From: Candidatus Hydrogenedens sp.
GTDB taxonomy: Bacteria; Hydrogenedentota; Hydrogenedentia; Hydrogenedentales; JAEUWI01
Direction: 5' to 3'
NCBI GenBank assembly: GCA_016125095.1
Contig: WGMK01000022.1
Span: 37,897-101,896 of the forward strand
DNA: 64,000 bases
Shown here: positions 53,414 to 62,974 of the stretch, piece after piece
How positions within the stretch are numbered: position 1 is the first letter of the stretch
How the letters are laid out: each line of letters starts with the position of its first letter
The notes under the pieces: generated by a model
Seen by the model: the letters and a program-made list of their open reading frames with translations, nothing else
The model's database searches: none
What the model was told of the DNA's origin: nothing
Made by a program: the position numbers and the translations under genes

Positions 53414-54094
53414 ATGGGGGTCATGAGCCGCGCCGCGACCGCACCATCCACGCTCCGCATCACGGAGATCTACGCCAGCGTCCAGGGGGAATCCACCTGG
53501 GCGGGGCTGCGCTGCACCTTCGTGCGGCTGGCCCGCTGCAACCTGCGCTGCGCCTGGTGCGATACCACCTACAGCTTCCACGGCGGCGAAAAGCGCACGC
53601 TGGACGACATCGTCGCGGAGGTGGGCCGCATCGGCATTCCGCTGGTCGAGATTACCGGCGGCGAGCCCCTGGCCCAGCCCGAATGCCCCGAGCTTTGCCA
53701 GCGCCTGCTGGATGCGGGCCACGAGGTAATCATCGAGACCAGCGGCTCGCTGCCCATCAATACCCTGCCCGACGCCGTGGCGCGCATTATGGACCTGAAA
53801 TGCCCGGACAGCGGCGAGTGTGCGCGCAATCACTGGCCGAACATCGGCTACCTGCGGGCCGACCGCGACGAAGTGAAGTTTGTGCTGGCGAGTCGGGGCG
53901 ACTACGAATGGGCGCGCGATGTTATCCGGGAGCACGCGCTCGACCAGCGCTGCCAAGCCGTGCTGCTGTCGCCCGTGTTCGGCCGTATCGATCCTAAGGA
54001 CATCGTGAACTGGATGCTGGAAGATGCGCTGCCCGCGCGCTTTCAGCTGCAGATGCACAAGTTTATTTGGCCCCCCGACGAGCGAGGCGTCTGA
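53414..54094 (+). CDS. queE: 7-carboxy-7-deazaguanine synthase (radical SAM)
   Basis: CNLRCAWCDT cluster motif, ITGGEPL. The start is either 53414 or 53423. Confidence 0.85.
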   Translation: MGVMSRAATAPSTLRITEIYASVQGESTWAGLRCTFVRLARCNLRCAWCDTTYSFHGGEKRTLDDIVAEVGRIGIPLVEITGGEPLAQPECPELCQRLLDAGHEVIIETSGSLPINTLPDAVARIMDLKCPDSGECARNHWPNIGYLRADRDEVKFVLASRGDYEWARDVIREHALDQRCQAVLLSPVFGRIDPKDIVNWMLEDALPARFQLQMHKFIWPPDERGV

Positions 54095-54099
54095 CGCGC

Positions 54100-54798
54100 A
54101 TGCGATTCCACCTGAGTAAAATCCACTACGCCGAGGCTGCGCACTACAACCCCCGCGGCGATGCGCGCCAGCAGCGGCTGCACGGCCACAGCTACAAGAT
54201 CGAGCTGCTGGCCCAGGGGCCGCCCGATGCCATCGGCTGGGTGATCGACTACGCCGACATGAAGCAGGTCATCAAGCCGGTGATCGACGAAATCGACCAC
54301 GCGCTGTTGAACGAGCTGCCCGGGCTGGAGGACGACACCACGCTGCCGGCGCTCGAGCGCTGGATCGCCGCGCGGCTCGAGCCGCATCCCCCGTGGTACG
54401 CCGGGGTGCGCGTCAGCATCGACGGAGACTGCTTCTTCAATCCGGTACCGCTACCCGCAGACCCGCTGGAGAACCTGCCTGCGCGCGTGCGCTTCACCTT
54501 CGAAGCTGCGCAATCGCTGCCGCAATTGCCCGAGGGCCACGCCTGCCGCTGCGTCCACGGCCACAGCTACATTCTCGAAGCCGGGGCAGCCGACAACGAT
54601 GCGCTGGAAACCGACCTTGCTGCGTTGTACGAAACTCTAGACCACCGCTACCTGAACGAAATCGAAGGGCTCACCGGGTCGACCGTGGAGTTCATCGCCC
54701 GCTGGGTGTGGGACTGGATGGCCGCCCGGGGCCACGCGCCGACCTGCGTCGTCGTGCAGGAAACCTACACCGCCCGCTGCGCGTACTTCGGGGAGTAG
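54100..54798 (+). CDS. queD: 6-carboxytetrahydropterin synthase, fused tandem two-domain form
   Basis: Two PTPS-like halves, each with HGHSY. The second half closely resembles canonical QueD (FEAAQSLPQLPEGHACRCVHGHSY...VQETYTARCAYFGE). Confidence 0.8.
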   Translation: MRFHLSKIHYAEAAHYNPRGDARQQRLHGHSYKIELLAQGPPDAIGWVIDYADMKQVIKPVIDEIDHALLNELPGLEDDTTLPALERWIAARLEPHPPWYAGVRVSIDGDCFFNPVPLPADPLENLPARVRFTFEAAQSLPQLPEGHACRCVHGHSYILEAGAADNDALETDLAALYETLDHRYLNEIEGLTGSTVEFIARWVWDWMAARGHAPTCVVVQETYTARCAYFGE

Positions 54799-54801
54799 GC
54801 G

Positions 54802-56211
54802 CTACTCCGCCAAAGCCGCGATCACCTTATCCTTCAGCTCGGCGTATTGGGCTTCCTGGCCGGGGCCGAACCAGTTCATGAGGCGCCACTCGTAGTACTG
54901 GTCGTAGCCGTGGGTGTCCTGCCAGTAATACTCGTCGGGCGAGAGGTAGCCGCAGTAGGCGATACAATGGCTGCTGATCCAGAGGTCGGTGCCTTGTGCG
55001 GCGGCGGCCGATGCCCACTCCGGCGCGATGGCGCCGCCGGAATCGTAGGGCAGGCCAAGCCAGACGATATCGCCCACGCGGACGCCTTGAATCCAGCCCT
55101 CGGGCGGCAGGCCGACCACGTGCGCAAACAGCGGCGAGAAGCGCCAGTCGGGGGCCTCTTCCCACGGGCGTCCCTGCATGGGGGCCATGTCGACGGTCAC
55201 GCCCAGGGACCGCACGCGCGCGGTGGTATCGAATTCGAGCGCGTCGAAGTCGACGGTAAGGAAACGCTCGGCGAGTCCCTGGCCCATCGCGGTCATCCGC
55301 TCGACGGGCGTGCCTTCCTTCGGGGTGACGGGTCCCATCGCCCCGTAGGCCCCGCCGATGAGCACCGCCATGCCGCCGGTCTTGGCCTTGATGGCGTCGC
55401 ACAGCACGCCGGGATACTCGGCGGAGACTTCGAGGAATTCCTCGGGCAGCGTGTTGGGGTGCGCCGAATACCGCACCGCGTAGCAGGTATCGCCATCGTC
55501 CTGCTTGAGGACTGCGTATTTCAGCGACGGGTCTTTGCCCTCGACGTTCGTGCGGTTGTAGATCCATTCGCCCGCGTCCACTTCGCCGTGTGCGATGCCA
55601 GCAGGCTCGAGGTTCGCGTGTGCCTCTATGATCGCCTCGCTCAGCGCATTGGCGATGAGTTCCTCAATGGCGGGGTCGTAGGTGCCGAGGCTGTAATCGG
55701 CCAGCAGCCCGGGCGCGAAGCCGCCGGGCGCACAATGCGTGTGCGTGGTGGTAAACAGGATGTCGTTCGGCCCGAGCCCGGTTTTTTCGCCGACGCGTTC
55801 CCACACGATGCGCGCGATATTCAGCGTGGTCATCAGCAGGTCCGCCCCGATGAGCGCCACCGTATTTGCGCCGTCGCTCAGCACGATGGCCCGCACATAA
55901 ACCGGGTCGTGGATGCCGATGCAGCGCTTCTCATTCGGGCGATCGCTGTAGCCGCCCAGCGGCGTGCCGATAGGCGGGGTAATGTCGCGCTCGGCCCAGC
56001 CCGCCTGCAGCCGCTGCGGAGCGTCGCCCTTGTTCTCCGCGGCCGCCGCGCCGATGCGTGCGAGCGTGGCGGTGTTGTCGTAGGCGGGCTCGCGATACGA
56101 CGGCCACGGCCCGACGAAAAGCACCACGAATCCGCCCAGGGCCAAGCCCAGCAGCGCCACTGGCGCCACCACCCACTTGAGCAATCGCGATACGGCGCGG
56201 GGCAGCGGCAT
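54802..56211 (-). CDS. neutral/alkaline ceramidase N-terminal domain protein
   Basis: N-terminal TM. GGYSDRPNEKRCIGIHDPVYVRAIVL pattern of the Ceramidase_alk family. Confidence 0.75.
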   Translation of the reverse strand: MPLPRAVSRLLKWVVAPVALLGLALGGFVVLFVGPWPSYREPAYDNTATLARIGAAAAENKGDAPQRLQAGWAERDITPPIGTPLGGYSDRPNEKRCIGIHDPVYVRAIVLSDGANTVALIGADLLMTTLNIARIVWERVGEKTGLGPNDILFTTTHTHCAPGGFAPGLLADYSLGTYDPAIEELIANALSEAIIEAHANLEPAGIAHGEVDAGEWIYNRTNVEGKDPSLKYAVLKQDDGDTCYAVRYSAHPNTLPEEFLEVSAEYPGVLCDAIKAKTGGMAVLIGGAYGAMGPVTPKEGTPVERMTAMGQGLAERFLTVDFDALEFDTTARVRSLGVTVDMAPMQGRPWEEAPDWRFSPLFAHVVGLPPEGWIQGVRVGDIVWLGLPYDSGGAIAPEWASAAAAQGTDLWISSHCIAYCGYLSPDEYYWQDTHGYDQYYEWRLMNWFGPGQEAQYAELKDKVIAALAE

Positions 56212-57290
56212 TATTCGGCGGCCAGTTCGTGCTCGGCTGGCGTCATCTTGCGCTCGAGCCAGTGGGCGTCGTCGTGGAATCCGTATTGCGAGGGCTTGTA
56301 GTCGCCCACGAGCGCGACGTCCGCGCCGTTCTCAGGGATGGCGTCTTTCAGCCCGACCGCCCAATAGACGGCCTGCACCAGCAGGCGGCGCACGCCCTCC
56401 GAAAGCAGGTCGGCCGAGGCGCCCATCGTCGTGGTGAACACCTTGCCGGTCTCGCCGCCGGGAATCTGGTAGGTCTTAGTCCAGGCCACGGGCATCATCG
56501 GGTTATTGCGCATGCCGCGCACGGCCTTCGAGTCCGTCGGCCGCATGCCGTAGAACACGTCGTCGTTGTCGAAGTCGCCCTCGCGCTGGGTCACCTGGCC
56601 CATCACCAGCGGCTGGCAGTCGCCAGGCAGCGGCAGGCGCACGCCGTAGACGTCGGTCGAGCCCCAGATATCGCCGTCCTGGATGCCGCGCAGAATCGGC
56701 GAATCCTTGGCGTCGGCGGCAATCAGGCCCACCGTGCTTTCTTCCTTGTGGCGGCCGTGGTGGCTGATCCATTTTTCGCCCAGCACCAGCCGCCCGAAGC
56801 CGTCTTCCCAGGCCTCTTCCGCCCCGGCGTAGCCGTTCGCGTAGCGCGCCCAGGGCGAATCCGCCGGGGGATTGAAGGCGTGCGTGGAGGTGCGCATCCC
56901 GATGACCGGCCGCCCGGACTTGAGGTAGTTGTCGATGTGCGTCATCTGGTCGTCGGGCAAATCGCGGAAGCGCGTGAGGATGATCATCAGGTCGGCGTCG
57001 TCCAGCGCCTCGAGCCCGGGAATGTTCTTCGTGTAATTCGAATCCACCAGGCCCGTTTCGGGGTTGATGGCGAAGAGGACGGTACAGGTGAAGCCGTGGC
57101 GCTGCGAGAGGATCTTGCCCAGCTGCGGGAGGCCTTCTTCCGAGCGGTATTCCTCGTCGCCCGAAATGAGCACCACCTTCTTGCCCTTGCCCGGGCCGTC
57201 GCCGCCTTCGTACACCACCCAGGGATTGCCTGCCGCCGCGGCCGCGCCGCACACCAACAGCGCCAGCGCGCTCAGCCACACTCGCTTCAT
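56211..57290 (-). CDS. ThuA domain protein, secreted
   Basis: Signal MKRVWLSALALLVCGAAAAAG. KVVLISGDEEYRSEEGLPQLGKIL is typical of PVC ThuA-like proteins. Confidence 0.75.
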   Translation of the reverse strand: MKRVWLSALALLVCGAAAAAGNPWVVYEGGDGPGKGKKVVLISGDEEYRSEEGLPQLGKILSQRHGFTCTVLFAINPETGLVDSNYTKNIPGLEALDDADLMIILTRFRDLPDDQMTHIDNYLKSGRPVIGMRTSTHAFNPPADSPWARYANGYAGAEEAWEDGFGRLVLGEKWISHHGRHKEESTVGLIAADAKDSPILRGIQDGDIWGSTDVYGVRLPLPGDCQPLVMGQVTQREGDFDNDDVFYGMRPTDSKAVRGMRNNPMMPVAWTKTYQIPGGETGKVFTTTMGASADLLSEGVRRLLVQAVYWAVGLKDAIPENGADVALVGDYKPSQYGFHDDAHWLERKMTPAEHELAAE

Positions 57291-57368
57291 GATCGGAATC
57301 CTCCGCTTGATTAGGTGCCAAAGCCCAGTCCACGCCAACCTAGCACGCGGGCCGATGCCACGCAAGGA

Positions 57369-58844
57369 TCAGGATCGCGTCCGCGCGGCGAGGCGGTTCC
57401 ACGCGGCCTCGAGCAGCATCCCCATGAGCGCGACCGAGAAGGCCGACACGAGGAAGCGGTAACGGGCGGTCTCGTGGAAATCGAGCGCGCAGCCGAGCAC
57501 GGCCACCACGACGATGTTCGCCAGAAGAAAGCCGAGCACCAGGCGTTGCGGGTCGAGCCGCAGCGTGCGTGTGCTGCGGCACCACCGTACGAGGCTCCAG
57601 ACGCCAAAGAGGAAGGCCGCCGGCAGTCCGAGGAAGAGCGACAGGTAGGGCGTGAAGCCCGCGCGCGCCAGCCACGGGATGTGGGGCCGCAGGTCGAGCG
57701 GGAATTGCGCGTAGACGACTTTGTTGTAAAAACCCAGCGCCCAGGGCATGGCGGCCTTGTTCTGCGGCGACACCGGCGGGCTGTCGGTAGGCCCGAGGAA
57801 ACGGTAGGCCGACATCGCGACGGCAGCGAGATAGGCCTCGGGGCGGTGGAAGAGCACATAGCGCGCGTCCTGCCCGTAGACCTTGCAGATGGCGATGTTG
57901 CCGTAGTGGTTGTAGTTCACCTCGCCGTTGCGCTTGTGGGTCTCTGCGAGCGCGGGGATGCCGGCGAAGCGCTCGGGCACCTCGCGGTATTCCGGCGGGT
58001 AGGCGTCGAGCGAGGCCCAGCGGTTGACGAGCGAGAGCGGCGAGAGCTTGCCCGCAGCCACCAGCTGCTGCTTCTCCTCCCAGCCGATGTTGCCCGCGGT
58101 CATGATCCACAGGTTCTTGTCCACAAAGGTGGACGCCGTGAACGAGCCGAAGAGCGCGGCGTTCTTGGCGTAGAACGCGCCCAGCAGCAGCACCGGCACA
58201 AGCCCGACGATCAGGAGCCGCCTGCGGTATTGCGGCAGCATGGCCAGCAGCGCCCCGAGCACCAGCACCAGGTAGGCCCAGTGGAACAGGCTGCGGATGC
58301 CGCACACGATAAACAGGCAGAGGAAGAACCCGGCGATACTGCCCCAGGTGCCGCGTTCGGCCACGCGGAACAGCAGCACTGCCGCGAGCGCCAGCAGCGA
58401 GGCCGCGGGGAATTCGTAGAGCAGGAAGTGCTCCCACAGGATGAAGCCCGGGCTCGCCATCAGCAGCGTCGCCAGCACGGCGGCCAGCCCGCGCCGCACC
58501 CCCAGCCGCACGGACAGCGTGAAGGCGCATAGGTACAGGTTCAGGCCCAGCGCCAGGAAGATGAGGTGGAACAGCCAGGGCGATTTCGGCGTGACCTTCA
58601 GCACCAGCCCGGTGAACAGGTTGAACAGCGGCGGCTGGATGTGGAGATACCAGAGGCTTTCCAGCAGGCGCGTGCGGAGCAATTCGGGGTCGAGAAAATG
58701 CATCACGCCGTCCAGGCTCGACCGGTCGAACCGCACCCCGGCGGCCCAATAGGCGGCATGCACGGCGAAAAACACGCCCGTCAGGACGGCATACGCCCGG
58801 AACGGCGCGCGGGGGCTCCCGGTTTCGCTGGCCATGCGCGCCAC
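57369..58844 (-). CDS. polytopic membrane protein (unknown function)
   Basis: 491 aa with about 12 hydrophobic segments. Divergent from the ECF sigma gene. Confidence 0.65.
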   Translation of the reverse strand: MARMASETGSPRAPFRAYAVLTGVFFAVHAAYWAAGVRFDRSSLDGVMHFLDPELLRTRLLESLWYLHIQPPLFNLFTGLVLKVTPKSPWLFHLIFLALGLNLYLCAFTLSVRLGVRRGLAAVLATLLMASPGFILWEHFLLYEFPAASLLALAAVLLFRVAERGTWGSIAGFFLCLFIVCGIRSLFHWAYLVLVLGALLAMLPQYRRRLLIVGLVPVLLLGAFYAKNAALFGSFTASTFVDKNLWIMTAGNIGWEEKQQLVAAGKLSPLSLVNRWASLDAYPPEYREVPERFAGIPALAETHKRNGEVNYNHYGNIAICKVYGQDARYVLFHRPEAYLAAVAMSAYRFLGPTDSPPVSPQNKAAMPWALGFYNKVVYAQFPLDLRPHIPWLARAGFTPYLSLFLGLPAAFLFGVWSLVRWCRSTRTLRLDPQRLVLGFLLANIVVVAVLGCALDFHETARYRFLVSAFSVALMGMLLEAAWNRLAARTRS

Positions 58845-58944
58845 TCTGTCGCGCGGTCCCGACGGAAAGCAAGCCGCCCCGGAAAATTCGATTGATCGAT
58901 CCGGCGTCCGGGGGCCATAGTACGGTCGGGAGGCTGAAAAGCAG

Positions 58945-59547
58945 ATGGACGAACCAAGGCAGGGCGACCCCGATATCCGGCTGATGCTGGCCGCGCGCGG
59001 GGACGATCTGGACGCCTTCGGCCAGCTGCACGACCGCTATCAGCCCAAGATTCGGCGGTTTTTCTACGGCCTTACCGGCGCGCCGCAGGAAGCCTCCGAC
59101 CTCTGCCAGGAAACCTTTGTGCGGGTCTGGCGCATCCGCAAGCGCTACCGCGCCACCGGCTCGTTCCAGGCCTACCTGTTCGGCGTGGCCAAGGTGGTGT
59201 GGATGGAGCACCGGCGGCGCGTGGCTCGGCTGTGGCAGTGGGAGATGCCCCAATCCGCCGCGCCGCCCGACGCCGCCTCGACCGCGCCCGGTCCGGCCGA
59301 GCAGGCCCTGGGCGGCGAACTGCGCGAGCATATCTTCGCCGCGCTGAACGATTTACCCGAGGAACAGCGCCTGGTGTTCGTGATGCGGACCATCGACGGC
59401 CTGGGCCTGGAAGATATCGCGCGGGCGCTGGATTGCCCCGTGAACACCGTGCGCTCGCGCAAGCTGCTGGCCGTGAAACGCCTGCGGCACCGGCTGCGCG
59501 AACTCTACGCCGAATGGACGCACGCGCGCCCGGAGGTGGAGCCATGA
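58945..59547 (+). CDS. ECF-type RNA polymerase sigma factor
   Basis: Region 2 (FGQLHDRYQPKIRRFF, QETFVRVW) and region 4 (LEDIARALDCPVNTVRSRKLLAVKRLR). Confidence 0.85.
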   Translation: MDEPRQGDPDIRLMLAARGDDLDAFGQLHDRYQPKIRRFFYGLTGAPQEASDLCQETFVRVWRIRKRYRATGSFQAYLFGVAKVVWMEHRRRVARLWQWEMPQSAAPPDAASTAPGPAEQALGGELREHIFAALNDLPEEQRLVFVMRTIDGLGLEDIARALDCPVNTVRSRKLLAVKRLRHRLRELYAEWTHARPEVEP

Positions 59548-60002
59548 ACTCGAGACTCGATGCCCACATCCTTGCCTGGCTGGACGGCGAACTGGACCCG
59601 AACGCCCAGCGGGACCTGCTGGAAGAAGCGTTCAACGATCCGGAAACCGAGGCCCGGCTGCATGCCTGGCGCGAGGATCTAGCCGCGTTCGACGCCGCGC
59701 TCGCGCCGCCCGAAGCGCGCTATACCTTCGCCACGCTCCGCGCGCGGCTGGAAACCATCACGCCGCTGGATGAAATCCGTCTGTTCCTGCCCCGGCTGCG
59801 GCTGGACAGTCCCGTGCCGCGCTTTGCCGTGGCGGCCATGCTCGCCGCCGCGCTGGGCAGTTCGTGGCTGCTCGGGCGCTTTCAGCGCGCCCAGGCCGAC
59901 GCCGCCGATCGCCTGCGTGATCGATCCGACTTCGTGGACGACATAGTAGCGATGTCGGCCGACCCCTCGGCACCTTGGCCGGAAGACACCGACCAGGCCT
60001 GA
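59544..60002 (+). CDS. putative anti-sigma factor
   Basis: ATGA overlap with the sigma gene. N-terminal LDGELD-type anti-sigma helix and one TM (FAVAAMLAAALGSSWLL). Confidence 0.65.
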   Translation: MNSRLDAHILAWLDGELDPNAQRDLLEEAFNDPETEARLHAWREDLAAFDAALAPPEARYTFATLRARLETITPLDEIRLFLPRLRLDSPVPRFAVAAMLAAALGSSWLLGRFQRAQADAADRLRDRSDFVDDIVAMSADPSAPWPEDTDQA

Positions 60003-60040
60003 TCGAACCCCCGACCGCACGGGACGGAGCCTTCTTACGC

Positions 60041-61249
60041 ATGACGCAATACCGCTATACCGGCGTGGATTCCGAAGGCGCCCCGCAGGCCGGGGCCATC
60101 GAGGCGGATTCGGCCCGCGAGGCCACCGCCCGCCTGCAGGAGCGCGGCTACACCGTGAACCGCATGGAACGCGCCGACGGTAGCGGCGGCATCCTGCGGG
60201 TGTCGCAGCGGCTGAGTTGGGAAGAACTGAGCCTCTTCGCCGAGCAGCTGCGCGCGATGGTGAAGAGCGGCCTGCCGCTGCCCGCCACGCTGAAAGCGCT
60301 CGCGGCGGACATGCGCCAGCCCCGCATGCGCCAGGCGCTGGACGGTATCCGCAACGATCTCGAGCGCGGCATTCCGCTGCACGAGGCCATCGAGCGTCGG
60401 CACGACGCCTTCCCCCGGGTCTTTCCCGCGCTGGTGAAGGCGGGCGAGGCCTCGGGCAACCTGCCCGGCGTGCTCGAAGTGCTCTCGCAATACGCCAGCG
60501 ATTCCGCGCGTCAGCGCCAGGAACTCGCCGCCGCGATGACCTATCCTGTCATCCTCTTCGCCGTGCTCCTCGGGGTGTCGATTTACTACTACAACTCGGT
60601 GCTGCCGGAAATAAGCGACTTGGGGCGCGAACTGGCCAATATCAGCACAGGAGAGACGAGAACGTCTCAAGCCATCGATTGGCTGCTGGGGCTGTTCCAG
60701 CCGCAGGTGCTTGTTGCGCTTGCGGGTCTGGCCGGCGTGTTCTTTGCCGCGCGTGTGCTGCTCAACCGCTCCGCCGCAGGGCGCTACTGGCTGGATTGGC
60801 TGTTGCTGCATGTGCCGTCCTCCGGCCGCGCGCGCTACCTCGCCGCGATGTCCCGCATGAACCAGACCCTCGCGATCCTCCTGAAGTCTCGCGTGCCGAT
60901 CGTCGAAAGCCTCGATCTCGCGGGCGCGGCCTCGGGCAGCGCGGTAATGCAGGAAGCCCTGCAGGCCGCGGCCGGGCGCATTGCGGCGGGCGAGCGCATC
61001 GCCGACGCCCTGGCGCAGCATGCCCTGTTCGGCCGCGACTATTGCTGGCTTATCGGTACGGCGGAAGACCGCGGCGATCTGGAGCAGGCGCTCGACAGTC
61101 TCGCGCAGCGCTACCGCGCGCAGGCCGATTCCCAGCAGAAAAGCTGGTCGCTCCTGTTCAATGCCGGTCTCATCGTCGTCGCCGGTTCCGTCGTGCTGGC
61201 CTATTACCTCGCGTTCTACGGGCGGCTGCTGAGCGGATCGATCTTCTAA
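60041..61249 (+). CDS. gspF: type II secretion / type IV pilus platform protein F
   Basis: MTQYRYTGVDSEGAPQAGAIEA N-terminus and two T2SSF repeats. 402 aa. Confidence 0.85.
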   Translation: MTQYRYTGVDSEGAPQAGAIEADSAREATARLQERGYTVNRMERADGSGGILRVSQRLSWEELSLFAEQLRAMVKSGLPLPATLKALAADMRQPRMRQALDGIRNDLERGIPLHEAIERRHDAFPRVFPALVKAGEASGNLPGVLEVLSQYASDSARQRQELAAAMTYPVILFAVLLGVSIYYYNSVLPEISDLGRELANISTGETRTSQAIDWLLGLFQPQVLVALAGLAGVFFAARVLLNRSAAGRYWLDWLLLHVPSSGRARYLAAMSRMNQTLAILLKSRVPIVESLDLAGAASGSAVMQEALQAAAGRIAAGERIADALAQHALFGRDYCWLIGTAEDRGDLEQALDSLAQRYRAQADSQQKSWSLLFNAGLIVVAGSVVLAYYLAFYGRLLSGSIF

Positions 61250-62760
61250 TGAGCACGCCTCCGGAAAAGAAACCGCTTAGCATCTACGACCGCAGCCCAA
61301 TCGCGCGGTGGGTGCTGCGGCGTCCGTCGCCCTATCCGCCGAAACACCGGCCTCCTCGCACCTTTCCCGACGCCGGGCCCGCCCTCGCGAAAGCCGCGCG
61401 CGGCTACGAGCGCTGGGCGGGTCCACGCGTCTTCCGCAGGACAACCTGGCGGAAGCAGGTGCTCGAGGTGACCGGTACGCTTGCGGCGATTGCACGCGCG
61501 AACCGGCCGCTGGCCAGCGGCGTCGAAGCGGCCTTTGCGGAGGAAACCAAGGGTGGACGCGCCTTCGAGATTCAGTTGGCCCGCGCGCGCGGAATCATCG
61601 CAGCCTTGATTGCCGCCGCGTTGCTGATCTGGATCGGCTTTAGTCTGGAAGATCTGATCACGGACGTCCGCAGCCGTTTTGAAGGACCCGGCTATTTCAA
61701 CCGGGGCCTGCTGGATGAGAACCTGGTTATCGTCTTCGTGACGACCCTTGTGGTCTCGTTGGTGGTCTACTATCTCTTCCGCTACGGCCTGGTGCGGTCG
61801 GGCCGCGCCCGCCTGTTGGCGGCGCTCTATGCACGCCTTTCCGACGGACAGCCGCTCTCGGAGGCCATGCGCGGGCTCCACCGTTTCTTCCCCCGGCACT
61901 ATGCCGACCTGGTGGCCGCAGGTGAGCGTTCGGGGAACTTGGCGGAGTCCCTTACGTGGCTCGAATCCGAGTCGGCGGATCGGCTTAACCAGACGAGGCG
62001 AAGCCGGGCGCACTTCTATTACCTCGGGTTCGTGTTGATTGCGGGTACGGCCATCACGCTCTTTGTTGCCGTGAAGGTGCTGCCTGTCTTCGTTGAGATA
62101 TTGGAAGAGTTCGGCAAGGATACGTCCCCCTATCCAGTGCTTGCGATTATCCGGAATCTGGGCGACGCGCTCGTCTACCGCCCATCCTACTTTTTCTGGC
62201 AGGCGATGCAGCTCGTCGGCATCGTCGCCCTGTTCTTGCTGCTGCGGTGGCTGGGGCGCGTGTCGGGCATCAACGCGATGCTCTCTACGCTCTGGGCGCG
62301 GTTCACGTATCCGGGGCACACCGGCGCTCTGCGTAGCCTCTATCACGCTTCGACCCTGCTGGGCCGCGAACTCGAGGCAGGCATTCCGATGGACGAAAGC
62401 CTCGGCCATGTGTGCGAGGCGGAACTGTTGCCGGCGCACCGGCGCATCTTCGCCCAGGCGCGCCGCCGCGTGCAGCAGGGCGAACCGCTCGGCGCTTCGC
62501 TGCGTGCCTACGGCCGCGGTCTTGTGCCAGCCTCCTTCATCGCCTTCATCGAACTCGGCGAGACCAGCGGGCGCTTGCCCGAGTCGCTGCGGCAGGCGTC
62601 GGATCTGTACTGGCCCGTCATCGCCGCGCGCTCGAACATCACGCGCACGGTCGTGCTCAGCGGCTGCGTGTTGCTCACCGGCGGCGCCGTGTTCTCCGTG
62701 GTCCACCTCTGCTTCGCGATGCTCACCGGCATGACGGAGGCGATGCTCGATGCGCTGTAA
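61249..62760 (+). CDS. second, divergent GspF-like platform protein with basic/Pro-rich N-terminal extension
   Basis: TAATG overlap with gspF. T2SSF-like segments (FPRHYADLVAAGERSGNLAESL, FIAFIELGETSGRLPESL). Confidence 0.7.
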   Translation: MSTPPEKKPLSIYDRSPIARWVLRRPSPYPPKHRPPRTFPDAGPALAKAARGYERWAGPRVFRRTTWRKQVLEVTGTLAAIARANRPLASGVEAAFAEETKGGRAFEIQLARARGIIAALIAAALLIWIGFSLEDLITDVRSRFEGPGYFNRGLLDENLVIVFVTTLVVSLVVYYLFRYGLVRSGRARLLAALYARLSDGQPLSEAMRGLHRFFPRHYADLVAAGERSGNLAESLTWLESESADRLNQTRRSRAHFYYLGFVLIAGTAITLFVAVKVLPVFVEILEEFGKDTSPYPVLAIIRNLGDALVYRPSYFFWQAMQLVGIVALFLLLRWLGRVSGINAMLSTLWARFTYPGHTGALRSLYHASTLLGRELEAGIPMDESLGHVCEAELLPAHRRIFAQARRRVQQGEPLGASLRAYGRGLVPASFIAFIELGETSGRLPESLRQASDLYWPVIAARSNITRTVVLSGCVLLTGGAVFSVVHLCFAMLTGMTEAMLDAL

Positions 62761-62788
62761 CCAAGATACGAACTGCCGGAGCAATCCC

Positions 62789-62954
62789 CCGCGGCGCAGC
62801 CGCCTTGGAGTGCGGCAGACTTGCTGCCGCTTTTCGGAGGGAGCTTGCTCCCGTCGCCGGTGGTACAGCCTTGGTCTGACGTGCAAGCGACGGAAGCGAG
62901 CTTCCTCGTCAAAGCGGGAGCTAGCTCCCGCACTCCAAAGCGGCTGCGCCGCAT
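62789..62954. repeat. palindromic repeat element, copy B (right arm shortened)
   Basis: GCGGCGCAGCCGCCTTGGAGTGCGGCAGACTTGCTGCCGCTTTTCGGAGGGAGCTTGCTCCCG is ~90% identical by eye to the reverse complement of the copy A right arm. It ends in ...GGGAGCTAGCTCCCGCACTCCAAAGCGGCTGCGCCGCAT. Confidence 0.8.
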
Positions 62955-62974
62955 CCCGCGCCACGCGGCGGGGG

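Noticed and set aside
58881-58908. ECF-type autoregulatory promoter (GGAAAA-N18-CGTC) upstream of the sigma gene
   Set aside because: The -35 lacks the usual AAC core and the spacing is long. It is mentioned as something to test but not annotated as a feature.
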